Assembly: GCA_000092065.1 (NCBI GenBank)
Contig: CP000600.1
Reading direction: 5' to 3' (one strand)
Origin: Ostreococcus lucimarinus
Lineage: Eukaryota
DNA length: 64,000 nucleotides
Under the pieces are notes generated by a model. The model did not search any database. It saw only the letters and a program-made list of their open reading frames with translations, and was not told where the DNA came from. Shown piece by piece: positions 55,408-64,000 of the stretch. Made by a program: the position numbers and the translations under genes. Each line of letters opens with the position of its first letter. Position 1 is the stretch's first letter.

Positions 55408-58350
55408 ATGACGACGCGCGCCGCGCGCGCGCCGCGCGCGGCGTCGCCGCGCGGCGCGGACGCGACGCGACGGCGCGACGGCGCGATCGACGCCGACGAC
55501 GCCGACGCGACGGCGACCGCGCGCGCGCGCGCGAGCGCGAACGACGCGCGCGCGCGATCGGCGGCGGTGCTGGACGTCGTCGATCTCACGCTCGACGTCG
55601 AGGCGCCGCGCGCGGCGACGGCGACGGCGACGGCGACGGCGGACGCGCGAGGCGACGCGACGCGCGGCGACGACGCCGAGGCGGTGAAGATCCTCGACGA
55701 CGGTTTGCCGACGTCGAAGCCGAAGGCGAGGGATGGAAAGCCGACGGCGCGATCGGGTGAGAATGGAAAGTCGCGCGCGTCGGGGTCGGGGCGGATCGAA
55801 CGCGTGGCGGAGGTGCTGCAGTCGCCCGAGAAGGCGTGGCCGCGAGAGGAGGCGGCGGCGGAGGACGACGACGACGCGAAGGTTTCGGTGAGTTTTGAAC
55901 TCGAGTTCTGCGCGGCGATGCGAGAGGGGTTGGAGGGAAGACGGACGGAGGCGATGGAGGCGATGGAGACGCTCGAAGCGACGGTGGGATCGAGGGTGTT
56001 TCAGAACGCGGACGCGGCGGCGGCGGAGGCGCGGACGAGGACGAGGAGCGCGGCGAAGCGCGCGCGTAGGATTTTTCGGGAGGAAACTAAGCTTTGGGCG
56101 GCGGCGGTGGTGAAAGCGCAGCAACTGACGATAGACGATGACGTGCCGTCGACGTCGGAACCCGTCGCGATGGAGTTGCCGTTTTGGCAGCGCATCTCGA
56201 GCGAGCACCTGGGCGCGTCGAGCGCGAGGAATACGAAGATTTTCACGCAGCGCACCGAACGGCCGTATTCGAGTGATCCGACCGATGTAAGCGGCTGGAA
56301 GCTGCAAACAATAGTAGGGCGACAATCTGTACCTCGAATAGACATCGGTAGCGCCAAGGCGGTGCCGCCCTACGCTTACTTTGCGTACTCGACGCACTGC
56401 AACTCGTACGAGGCGGAAGGAAACGTCTCGCGCCTACTCTTCAGGGACGACGATGGAGAGTTCTTAGAATCAGATCCCGTCGATCGGCGCGAAGACGAGA
56501 GTAATGAGCTCACTCGCGAGCAGGAAATCATCATGTGCGCGATATGCGCGGAGTTTAGCGAGTTCATTTTGACAGAAAAAGAAGTCGTGCGAGGGGTGAA
56601 TCGCGAAGACGGCGTGAAAGCCGTCGTGGTACAAACAGCCGAATATTTGAACTTGGACGAAAACCAAGTCAAGGATTGGTTTGATGAGACGCGCACGAAG
56701 CACAGCACGAGCCGTGCATGGTGTATGTTTCTCGAAGTTGCCTCGCACGTACGCAAGTTGATGGGCTTCTCCTCGGCGCATTGGCGCGCGAAGATGGCAA
56801 ACACATTCAGCGTTCTCGAAACTCTCGGGATCAGCGAATTGTTCTGGCGGAAGTTTTCGCGAATCATCATCAATTGTCCGACGCTCGCTCCGTTGAAAAA
56901 GCCTGTCATCGTGTTTGACAATCTCAACGAAGCCATGGATCAGCTCGCCGGCATGTTTTGTCCGCGATGCTTCATCTTTGATTGCAGAACGCACGGGTCG
57001 TTGCAGCCCAAGTCGGAAGGCAGGAAGCTTGATGCGGAAAGAAAGCTTGCATGGCGCGAGCGCATGGCAAAGAGCGGCATGTCTGCGGAAAAGCCGTTAG
57101 CTGAGCGACGATGTTCGACAGATTGCTGGTATCAAACAGAAGAGTACAAGTACTACTCTGCGCAGACAACCTGCGCACCATGCGATCCCACAGAAACTCT
57201 CAATCGTCCGTCGACGAAAGATCCGTTCATCGAGACGACGAGGAAATGGCGCAACGCGATGGATATTGAAGTCTTGAAGAAGGCTGTCAAAATAATCGGT
57301 GAGAAAACCACGGCGTGCGAGGCAGCGTTGTTCTTTGGCCGTCGTCGCACGTGCGCCGAAGTCGGGAAGCAAATGCACTGTTTGGATCTCATCAACCTTG
57401 GAACTGTGGTGAAGGAAGAAGAGCGCGACGCGATGGATGAAGATACCGACGAATTGAGTAATCCGAAGAAGCGCAAACGCGCGCCGACGGGGGTCAAAAA
57501 TCCAACAATTGCGCGACGATTGAAGATGCAAAAGGATGCCGATTTTCTGGAAACGCAATACTCCCCGTGCGAATGCGTCGGCGCTTGTGACGCTAACACG
57601 TGCTCCTGCATTAAGAATGGTACCTTTTGTGAGAGATTTTGCAACTGTGGACCGAAGTGTCACAACGAGTTCGAGGGTTGCAAGTGCGACAGTACGAAGC
57701 GCGCAACGTGCGGCACAAGAACGTGTCCGTGCTACGCCGCCGGTCGCGAATGCACGCCAGATAAATGTAAACGGTGTTGCAAGACCGCTGATGCGTACTC
57801 TTTGCCCGCTCGTAAAAGGTATGGCCTCGTCGATCCGAACATGCAACTGCCCATGCCGGCGTTTCCGTGTGAGAACATGAAGCTACAACTTCGACAGAAG
57901 GAGCACATTTGTTTGGGTCGAAGCGGTGTTGCCGGTTGGGGTGCGTTCGTGTTGAAAGGCGCTCGGAAAGGAGAGTTCATCGGCGAATACGTCGGCGAAC
58001 TCGTGACTCAGGACGAAGCCGAACGTCGAGGAACGGTGTACGATGTCAACAACTGCTCGTACTTGTTCAATCTCAACAGCGAATGGTGCGTCGACGCTCA
58101 ATACAGAGGGAACAAACTGCGCTTTGCCAATCACTCGAAGAACCCGAATTGCGTGCCTCGCGTTCTCGCGGTGAATGGTGATCATCGACTGGCGCTGATA
58201 TCAGACAAAGACATCAAACCAGGCGATGAATTACTGTTCGACTACAATTACAAGGACGAAGTCGCACCCGACTGGCACGAGAAAAACGCATCGACGTTGC
58301 CCAAGTCGAAGCACCTTCCAACGAAAAGCGCGAAGAAATCATCGAACTGA
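55408..58350 (+). CDS. EZH: Enhancer-of-zeste-type SET-domain histone-lysine N-methyltransferase (PRC2 catalytic subunit homologue), with a CXC pre-SET domain.
   Basis: ATG at 55408. The C-terminal CXC domain is CSCIKNGTFCERFCNCGPKCHNEFEGCKC...CGTRTCPCYAAGRECTPDKC. The SET domain follows: GWGAFVLKGARKGEFIGEYVGELV...NNCSYLFNL...RFANHSKNPNCVPRVLAVNGDHRLALISDKDIKPGDELLFDYNY. The N-terminal third is low-complexity R/A/D-rich. Confidence 0.85.
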   Translation: MTTRAARAPRAASPRGADATRRRDGAIDADDADATATARARASANDARARSAAVLDVVDLTLDVEAPRAATATATATADARGDATRGDDAEAVKILDDGLPTSKPKARDGKPTARSGENGKSRASGSGRIERVAEVLQSPEKAWPREEAAAEDDDDAKVSVSFELEFCAAMREGLEGRRTEAMEAMETLEATVGSRVFQNADAAAAEARTRTRSAAKRARRIFREETKLWAAAVVKAQQLTIDDDVPSTSEPVAMELPFWQRISSEHLGASSARNTKIFTQRTERPYSSDPTDVSGWKLQTIVGRQSVPRIDIGSAKAVPPYAYFAYSTHCNSYEAEGNVSRLLFRDDDGEFLESDPVDRREDESNELTREQEIIMCAICAEFSEFILTEKEVVRGVNREDGVKAVVVQTAEYLNLDENQVKDWFDETRTKHSTSRAWCMFLEVASHVRKLMGFSSAHWRAKMANTFSVLETLGISELFWRKFSRIIINCPTLAPLKKPVIVFDNLNEAMDQLAGMFCPRCFIFDCRTHGSLQPKSEGRKLDAERKLAWRERMAKSGMSAEKPLAERRCSTDCWYQTEEYKYYSAQTTCAPCDPTETLNRPSTKDPFIETTRKWRNAMDIEVLKKAVKIIGEKTTACEAALFFGRRRTCAEVGKQMHCLDLINLGTVVKEEERDAMDEDTDELSNPKKRKRAPTGVKNPTIARRLKMQKDADFLETQYSPCECVGACDANTCSCIKNGTFCERFCNCGPKCHNEFEGCKCDSTKRATCGTRTCPCYAAGRECTPDKCKRCCKTADAYSLPARKRYGLVDPNMQLPMPAFPCENMKLQLRQKEHICLGRSGVAGWGAFVLKGARKGEFIGEYVGELVTQDEAERRGTVYDVNNCSYLFNLNSEWCVDAQYRGNKLRFANHSKNPNCVPRVLAVNGDHRLALISDKDIKPGDELLFDYNYKDEVAPDWHEKNASTLPKSKHLPTKSAKKSSN

Positions 58351-58432
58351 TCGAACAAAGATGTATAGTCAATGTAAGTACATACAAACTACCGAATCTA
58401 ACGATTGCGCGTACGCACCACTGCGTTGCACT

Positions 58433-61237
58433 TCAATTTCTATCTTCGCTCGATTCGCGCAAGAATTCTCCTCGACCTCGACCGCGGCCTCGCCCACGGC
58501 CGCGACCTCGACCTCGACCTGCACCCGCCACCCAGGGCGGAGGTCGAGCACCGCGAACGCTACGAATCTTTTTTTGGCCTTGCGAGGTTTTCACATTCGT
58601 AAACTGTGAATCTGTCGGCAGCTCGATGGGCATGCCTTTTTCATCCGCGACGACGGCGGCTTTGCCGAGCGCGTGCGTTTGGAGCCGCTCACGAGCAACT
58701 TCCATAACTCCAAGGGCAGATATAGGTACAAAGACAACCTGTGCGCGATCACGAGACGCGATGGCTTCAAAAGCGGTTTCGACCGCCTTGCGAGCATCAT
58801 CTGTGTGCATATCAATCAGATCAAGCATGACGAGACCACCGATGTCGCGTAGGCGCAGCGTCCTTGCCACCAACTCAGCAGCGGCGATGTTTACCCGCAA
58901 GGCGACTTCTTCACCATCCTCTCCAGCGCCCATCGCCGTTCTGCCGGCATTGACGTCGATCGCTGTGAGTGCTTCCGTGTGCTGAATGACGATGTGAGCT
59001 CCAGAAAGTTCCGGCCCAAGGAAGATGCGTTCGGTCCCCATCATCGTCTCGATAACCTTGTCGACTTCGAGCGCCTTGAACACTGGCTCGGCGCCTTGGT
59101 GCAACACCACGCGATTTATTATTTCTTGCGAAGCACCCGTACGAAGCAAATCGTCTACGATGGTTTTGTACGATTCTTCAGTGTCCACGGTGAGCTTCGC
59201 TACGCGCTCACCGAACAAGTCGCGCACGAGAACTTGCTCGCGCGACGCGGCTTGTAACAAACGCCGAGGCGGAGGAGGTCTCAGCGTCAACTCGGCATGC
59301 CGTATAGCGCGCTCGGACTCTTCGACGATTGTATCCCAGTCCTCGGCGAGGCAACCGATATCGAGCTTGAGCGTGTCTTGATTCACGCCCGCGGCTTCCG
59401 TGCGCATAATCAACGCACTCCCTTTCGGACACACCGTCGCGCCGACGTCTTTCACATACTTTCGCGCTCGCCCCATGAGCTTACGGGACACGTACACGCC
59501 TTCACCATCCGGACAAAGTACAACATTTCGCCCCGGTAGCGTCGGACGCGCCGTTACTCGCGGACCTTTGTACCCACTACCAAGTCGTGTAACTTGCACG
59601 ACGACGGGCTGTCCAGGTTGCCACATCGAGTAGCACTCTTCTCGAAGACGTCGACGCGTCGACTTTGCGGTGACGACCTCGGCCTCTTCGTCGGTTTCGT
59701 CGTCGTCAATTTGTGCGCCGTCCTCGCTTTCGTCGTCTTCAGACGTCGCGTTTGAGTCTTCATCCGAGGACTCGGTCGCCGACGCCAAGTGCGGATCCTC
59801 ACACACGTCGGGCGTCCATCGGATCCATTTAGGGCGATTTTCCAGCCTCGACGATCGCTGCGATCGACCACCGGCACCGCGCCAAACTCCGCCCGTCGCT
59901 CCAGCCGTGGTGCTCTTCGCAGTTAATCTTCGGCTATAACTGCGACCTCCCGTCGCCGCGCCGGCGTCGTCGCTCGAGGCGAGCGTCGCGACCTTCTCCG
60001 CGCCTTCGATTCCTCCCCATGACACGTTCGCCGCGTCGTCGACGGGGCTGTTCAATCGCCACGCAAGCGCGGGGTTTTCGATGCCCTTTTGCATTAACGC
60101 GTACGGTGGTCCGTTACCCGTGAGATCCACGAGCACGCCCTGCATTCCGCTGATGACCTTGCTCACGGTGCCCATGTAAATGTCTCCCACCCGCATACCC
60201 TTACCGGGCTCTGTGCCGTGTTCGTGCCACAGCTCCACGAGCTCGCCTTCCTCTAAAATCGCGATCCTCACGCCAAAGTCTTCTTCGTTCGCCGCGTTGT
60301 ACACGATTTCCGTGTCTAAACCGCCCGTCATGTCCGCCACGTGGTCGCCCGGTTGGTACGAGTCGCGATCCGCCGAGTTCCAACCGCCGCGAGTCCCGGT
60401 CTCGACTTCATCGTCGCCCTCATCCACGCTCCGATCGATCGACGCATCCAACACGTCGTCGAAATCGCCGTCATCGTCTTCATCCGCGTTTTCGTCCGCT
60501 CGATCGTCCGCGCTCTCCGAAGTCGCCGCCGCCGCGCCGCCGTCCCGCCGCGCCGATTTCCCATCCCGAGCATCCTCCCTCCCGTTCCCGTACGCCAACC
60601 ACGCCCCCCCGGTTTCCACTTTATTTTCACTCACGCTCATATCCGTCACCATGGATATCGACACCTGAAACCGCGCGTCGTCGCTCGGCCACTCGCACCG
60701 CACCTCCGCGTTCGCGCACCGCCTCGGCGGCGTAAATCGCACCCCCTCTCCATCGCTCCATCGCACCACCTCCCCCTCCTCGTCCACGGTGACCAATTTA
60801 AATATTATCTCTTCCTCCAGCTCGCACCTCACCGTGCACGCGTGTCGATTTCGATCGCCCGACCCTCCCGCTCGCAACCGCGCCCTCGTCTCGCTCGCGT
60901 CCCACCGCCCCAACCCCTCCGCCGTCCCGCACGCCCTTACGCCGCGCTCGCCCGCGCGTTCGTCCAGCGCGCGATCGACGACGAACGTCACCGCGACGTC
61001 CTCGCGCAGGTTCGGCGCGACGTGTCCCCGCGCGCGTCGGTGCGGCCCTTTGCTCCGCGCGGCCGCCGTCGAGACCTCGCGTCGGCCGCGCGCGCGCGTC
61101 GCGCGTCGCGGTCGCGCCGCGGCGCGCGACGCCATCGCCGCGCGCGTCGAACGCGGCGTCGCGCGTCGGCGCGACGTCCCGCGGCGCGCTCTGCCGCTGC
61201 CGAGACGTCGCGCGGGACTCTTGGCGCCGCACTGCAT
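58433..61237 (-). CDS. RNE: Ribonuclease E/G family endoribonuclease (plastid RNase E-like), with an N-terminal CBM20-like beta-sandwich region and a C-terminal RG-repeat tail.
   Basis: The catalytic core (S1 plus DNase I-like) contains EALTAIDVNAG and VNIAAAELVARTLRLRDIGGLVMLDLIDM, matching EALTAIDINSG and ...RLRDLGGLIVIDFIDM of RNase E/G. An N-terminal segment, VTFVVDRAL...LGRWDASETRARLRAGG...FKLVTVDEEGEVVRWSDGEGVRF, resembles a starch-binding-type fold. The C-terminus is GRGRGRGRGRGRGRGRGEFL. Confidence 0.8.
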   Translation of the reverse strand: MQCGAKSPARRLGSGRARRGTSRRRATPRSTRAAMASRAAARPRRATRARGRREVSTAAARSKGPHRRARGHVAPNLREDVAVTFVVDRALDERAGERGVRACGTAEGLGRWDASETRARLRAGGSGDRNRHACTVRCELEEEIIFKLVTVDEEGEVVRWSDGEGVRFTPPRRCANAEVRCEWPSDDARFQVSISMVTDMSVSENKVETGGAWLAYGNGREDARDGKSARRDGGAAAATSESADDRADENADEDDDGDFDDVLDASIDRSVDEGDDEVETGTRGGWNSADRDSYQPGDHVADMTGGLDTEIVYNAANEEDFGVRIAILEEGELVELWHEHGTEPGKGMRVGDIYMGTVSKVISGMQGVLVDLTGNGPPYALMQKGIENPALAWRLNSPVDDAANVSWGGIEGAEKVATLASSDDAGAATGGRSYSRRLTAKSTTAGATGGVWRGAGGRSQRSSRLENRPKWIRWTPDVCEDPHLASATESSDEDSNATSEDDESEDGAQIDDDETDEEAEVVTAKSTRRRLREECYSMWQPGQPVVVQVTRLGSGYKGPRVTARPTLPGRNVVLCPDGEGVYVSRKLMGRARKYVKDVGATVCPKGSALIMRTEAAGVNQDTLKLDIGCLAEDWDTIVEESERAIRHAELTLRPPPPRRLLQAASREQVLVRDLFGERVAKLTVDTEESYKTIVDDLLRTGASQEIINRVVLHQGAEPVFKALEVDKVIETMMGTERIFLGPELSGAHIVIQHTEALTAIDVNAGRTAMGAGEDGEEVALRVNIAAAELVARTLRLRDIGGLVMLDLIDMHTDDARKAVETAFEAIASRDRAQVVFVPISALGVMEVARERLQTHALGKAAVVADEKGMPIELPTDSQFTNVKTSQGQKKIRSVRGARPPPWVAGAGRGRGRGRGRGRGRGRGEFLRESSEDRN
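58465..58545 (-). repeat. Coding (RG)n repeat, (GGTCGAGGTCGCGGCCGTGGGCGAGGCC-like)n, at the 3' end of the RNase E/G gene.
   Basis: Direct reading: cgacctcgaccgcggcctcgcccacggccgcgacctcgacctcgacc. It is translated on the minus strand as GRGRGRGRGRGRGRGRG. Confidence 0.8.
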
Positions 61238-61403
61238 CGCGCGCGCGATGCAACAAAGAGCGCGACCGGGCGGCGCGACGCGCGACCTGGGCGTCGCGTG
61301 CGCGTTCGTGCTGTGCGTGTTCGTCGCGTGCCTGGCGCTCGCGCGACGCGCGGCGAGGCAGCCGCCGATTAAGCTCGCGAAGCGGGACTAGCGCGCGTGC
61401 GAA

Positions 61404-62762
61404 ATGCCGCGCGCGGTCGTCGACGCGCGCGCGACGACGCGAATCGGACGCGCGACGGAGTACCGGACGCGACGCGCGACGGCGCGCGCGACGACGGAGG
61501 CGACGCGCGTGGCGGTGGTCGGCGGCGGGTTCGCGGGCGTCGCCGCGGCGTTTCGGACGCTCGAGGAGGCGAACGCGCGGGGACGCGCGGTCGAGCTGAC
61601 GCTGATCGACGGCGCGGGCGTCGGGGGCGGGGCGTCCGGCGTCGCGGCGGGACTGCTGCATCCGTACACGCCGCGAGGGAAGACGATCTGGCGAGGCGAG
61701 GAGGGCGCGGCGAGGGCGAGGCGGTTGCTCGACGCGGCGGCGCGCGCGGAGGACGCGATGGACGCGATGGGCGCCGAAAGGAGCGATGACGCGGACGGGG
61801 GGTGGCGGGACGACGCGGGGAGGAACACGGGGGAGCGGCGGGGCGAGCGCGTGGCGAGCGCGCCGGGAATCGTGCGACCGGCGAGGTCGGCGAAGCAGGG
61901 GAGGGATTTCGCGGCGAACGCGGGACGCGGGGACGACGACGACGACGCGGCGTTCGCGGTGAAGCGCGTGACGACGGACGAGGTCGTCGCGATGTGTCCG
62001 GGGTTGGAGTTCACGAGCGACGTCATCGAGGCGGAGAGGAACGGCGAGGCGTGCGCCGGCGGGATGTTCGTTCCGAACGGCGTCGTCGTGGACGCGCCGA
62101 GATATTTAACCGCGCTCTGGGACGCGTGCGGCATACTCGCGTCGCGCGGCGCGGCGGGCACGCGCGCGACGTTGCGCATCGCCGAGGTCGACGATGTGAA
62201 GGCGCTGTTGGATGAATTCGATCAAGTGGCGCTGTGTTGCGGCGCCGGCGTCGCCGCGCTCTTTGACTTTGAAACGATCCCGGTGTCGTTGCAAGGCGGG
62301 CACGTGCTCGAGCTCAAGCCCGAGGGCCTGAGCGTGGGCATTTTAGGCACCACGTACGTCGCACCGCTCGGCGACGATCGCGCCATGATCGGTCCGACGA
62401 AAGAGTACGACGCCACGCCCGAGGATTGCGCTCGCTCTGGCGTCGTGGACGACGTCGACGACGAACGATCCGCGCGCGCGATTTCAGAGCTTCGCGAGCT
62501 CGGCGCGCGCGCGTACCCGCCGTGCGCGAATTGGGAATTCTTGCGTCTCAAGTACGGCGTGCGCGCCAATCCACCGCGCACGCACGCCGGCGCGCTTCCG
62601 CTCGCGGGATCCGTCCACGTGGACGGCCGCCGATGTTGGTTCGCCGCCGGCCTCGGCGCGCGCGGTCTCATCTACCACGGCCTTCTCGCCGACTGGCTCT
62701 CGAGCGCGATTCTAGACGACGACATAAACGCCATACCCGTAGACGTCCGTCGGACGTGTTAG
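61404..62762 (+). CDS. FAD-dependent oxidoreductase (DAO/glycine-oxidase-like Rossmann protein).
   Basis: ATG at 61404. The N-terminal dinucleotide-binding motif is RVAVVGGGFAGVAAAF...TLIDGAGVGGGASGVAAGLLHPY. The C-terminus, WFAAGLGARGLIYHGLLADWL, is typical of DAO-family enzymes. Confidence 0.6.
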   Translation: MPRAVVDARATTRIGRATEYRTRRATARATTEATRVAVVGGGFAGVAAAFRTLEEANARGRAVELTLIDGAGVGGGASGVAAGLLHPYTPRGKTIWRGEEGAARARRLLDAAARAEDAMDAMGAERSDDADGGWRDDAGRNTGERRGERVASAPGIVRPARSAKQGRDFAANAGRGDDDDDAAFAVKRVTTDEVVAMCPGLEFTSDVIEAERNGEACAGGMFVPNGVVVDAPRYLTALWDACGILASRGAAGTRATLRIAEVDDVKALLDEFDQVALCCGAGVAALFDFETIPVSLQGGHVLELKPEGLSVGILGTTYVAPLGDDRAMIGPTKEYDATPEDCARSGVVDDVDDERSARAISELRELGARAYPPCANWEFLRLKYGVRANPPRTHAGALPLAGSVHVDGRRCWFAAGLGARGLIYHGLLADWLSSAILDDDINAIPVDVRRTC

Positions 62763-62835
62763 CGACGTGTGATTCACCGCAGTCGAACCGCGTCCCGCTC
62801 GCGCTCGCCGCACTTCGCGTCCCGCGTCCCCGATC

Positions 62836-63507
62836 ATGCGCGTCCACGCCGTGCGCCTCGACCCCGGTCAGGACTTGAAGCGGTCCCTGTTGGAGTACTG
62901 CAGCGCGCAGAACCTCGCCAGCGCGTGGATTCTCACCGCCGTCGGCTCTCTGCGCGCCGCCAACATCCGCTTGGCCCACCACGACAAGTTTCTCGGCGCC
63001 GGCGCGAACGCCGTCCTGGCGCTTCCCGATCAAAAGTTTGAGATCTGCTCGCTCGTCGGAACGATATCGCGCGCGGGCGCGAGCTGTCACCTGCACGTCT
63101 CGCTCGCGGACAGGCGAGGGGACTGCGTCGGGGGACACGTGCTGGAGGGCAACGTCGTGTTCACGACGTGCGAAATCGTGCTCGGAAGCTCGTCGACGAT
63201 GGCGTTCGATCGCGAGCTGGACGAGAGGACCGGATTCGATGAGCTCGTGGTGCGAGAGGCGGGCGCGGGGGCGGAGACGGGGGCGGGAGAGACGAGAGGA
63301 AAGACGGCGCGAAGAGCGCGACAGTTACGAGCGGAGGCTCGCGAACGCGAGCTTCGCGCGGCGGCGGGGGAACGCGAGCGGGCGCGAGGGTTGTTCGAGT
63401 GGTTAGTGAAGGTCATCGTGCCGAAACCTGGTGCGAGGCGCGCGGAGTCTGATGAAGAAGAGGAGGGGGAGGAGGAGGAAGGCGCGGCGGCGGACGCGCC
63501 GCGATGA
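62836..63507 (+). CDS. PPC/DUF296-domain protein (the 'plants and prokaryotes conserved' domain found in AHL proteins) with an acidic/charged C-terminal tail.
   Basis: MRVHAVRLDPGQDLKRSLLEYCSAQNLASAWILTAVGSLRAANIRLA...FEICSLVGTISRAGASCHLHVSLADRRGDCVGGHVLEGNVVFTTCEIVLG matches the PPC fold pattern (H.....G.D....L.......A.IL...G......L......EI.SL.G.......HLH.SL....G...GGHL......V..T.E). Confidence 0.6.
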   Translation: MRVHAVRLDPGQDLKRSLLEYCSAQNLASAWILTAVGSLRAANIRLAHHDKFLGAGANAVLALPDQKFEICSLVGTISRAGASCHLHVSLADRRGDCVGGHVLEGNVVFTTCEIVLGSSSTMAFDRELDERTGFDELVVREAGAGAETGAGETRGKTARRARQLRAEARERELRAAAGERERARGLFEWLVKVIVPKPGARRAESDEEEEGEEEEGAAADAPR

Positions 63508-63610
63508 AAAAGTTGTAACAGTGAATGAAATGTGATGATGCTTACACGGTGGTGACCTCTATTGGTACAATCGAAATCTCTTCTACTAAACAATCCGTTC
63601 CTTTCGTTCT

Positions 63611-64000
63611 TTAAGTCGCGAGTGGAAACGCCGGACTGGGCTCGTCGTCCTCCGGCTCGTCCGTATCCGCGGGTTCGTCCTCTGGCGCCGTTGCCGTCTT
63701 CGGATAGTGCATTTTGAAGCCTTCGTTCAAAATATCAATGTTTTGCGGGTTTTCAGACACGAAGGGTCGATCGCCGAGAAGTTTAACTAAATCGTGGCGC
63801 TGCAAAACCTCCTTGTCGAGTAAGCCTTGCGCCATGGCTTCGACGAGGTGCTTCTTCTCCTTCACGAGCGCCAACGTGCGCTTGTACGCGGTGTCGACGA
63901 GCAGGCGAACCTCTTCATCGATCATTCTCGCCGTGTCCTCAGAATACGGCGACTTCAAGCTTTGCTCGTCTTTGGGGAACGAAAGCAACCCGATCTTCTC
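63611..64000 (-). CDS. FTSH: C-terminal end of an FtsH/AFG3L2-type AAA metalloprotease. The gene continues beyond the window edge, so this is partial.
   Basis: YSEDTARMIDEEVRLLVDTAYKRTLALVKEKKHLVEAMAQGLLDKEVLQRHDLVKLLGDRPF matches the m-AAA/FtsH C-terminal helical region ([23 protein letters not shown]...[21 protein letters not shown]). An acidic tail follows. Confidence 0.7.
   Translation of the reverse strand, partial: EKIGLLSFPKDEQSLKSPYSEDTARMIDEEVRLLVDTAYKRTLALVKEKKHLVEAMAQGLLDKEVLQRHDLVKLLGDRPFVSENPQNIDILNEGFKMHYPKTATAPEDEPADTDEPEDDEPSPAFPLAT

Noticed and set aside
1-64000. A search for rRNA, tRNA, CRISPR arrays, transposon terminal repeats, or prokaryotic operon/defence-island structure.
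   Set aside because: No cloverleaf-like tRNA candidates, no regularly spaced direct repeats with unique spacers, no transposase or integrase ORFs and no TIR or LTR pairs were noticed by eye. The gene content is spliceosomal (Sm protein), chromatin-related (E(z), PHD-HD), and introns are present. This is eukaryotic nuclear DNA.

Overview
This window is a very GC-rich (about 68-70%), extremely gene-dense nuclear fragment of a eukaryote. The gene content is plant-like, so it is most likely a green alga; the compaction resembles Mamiellophyceae such as Micromonas or Ostreococcus, but that is inference only. The plant-like markers are a Chl a/b-type LHC, a VTE6/DUF92 protein, a CRTISO-like isomerase, a PSRP1/HPF ribosome hibernation factor, a PPC/DUF296 protein, a PHD-homeodomain protein and E(z).

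I can support about 40 protein-coding genes, roughly one per 1.6 kb. Most are single-exon. Four show small GT-AG introns: SmE, UAP56, the LHC 3' end, and possibly the 2OG-oxygenase 3' end.

Intergenic spacers are often only 25-260 bp. Many genes sit as head-to-head pairs that must share bidirectional promoters. Several tail-to-tail pairs are only 27-80 bp apart.

Recognisable housekeeping genes include HisRS, Pus10, a D-2-hydroxyacid dehydrogenase, Lsg1 GTPase, SmE, Vps53, UAP56, a cathepsin B-like protease, SCCPDH, ELP4, a pectin acetylesterase/Notum-family esterase, a DUF676 esterase, a U-box protein, p23, MCTS1, RER1, a cardiolipin synthase-like protein, GST, a PHD-homeobox protein, an E(z) SET-domain methyltransferase, RNase E/G, a PPC-domain protein and an FtsH C-terminus.

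The most unusual element is a roughly 9.4-kb single-exon gene (43.3-52.7 kb). It encodes a giant surface protein built from long arrays of DUF285-type ('Mycoplasma') 26-aa repeats interleaved with a Cys-rich module. The array is organised into three nearly identical 1.1-1.4 kb higher-order tandem duplications. These are followed by a proline-rich linker, an EGF/TNFR-like Cys-rich stalk, a multi-pass membrane domain and a roughly 900-aa coiled-coil cytoplasmic tail.

Other items worth a second look: a protein of four roughly 88-aa tandem repeats that I do not recognise, with an acidic tail and a C-terminal TM helix; a C2H2/U1-type zinc-finger protein fused to a degenerate P-loop domain; an ankyrin-repeat protein with a signal anchor and C-terminal KDEL; a bacterial-type DUF3293 protein; and divergent start codons only 25-45 bp apart (HPF/HisRS, small membrane protein/Pus10).

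No rRNA, tRNA, CRISPR or transposon signatures were seen. The many long R/A-rich ORFs in other frames and on the antisense strand are artefacts of GC-rich, stop-poor sequence.

The ORF track reports non-ATG (GTG/TTG/CTG) starts as 'M'. Where I moved a start, I chose the first in-frame ATG consistent with homology. Coordinates may be off by a few nucleotides.
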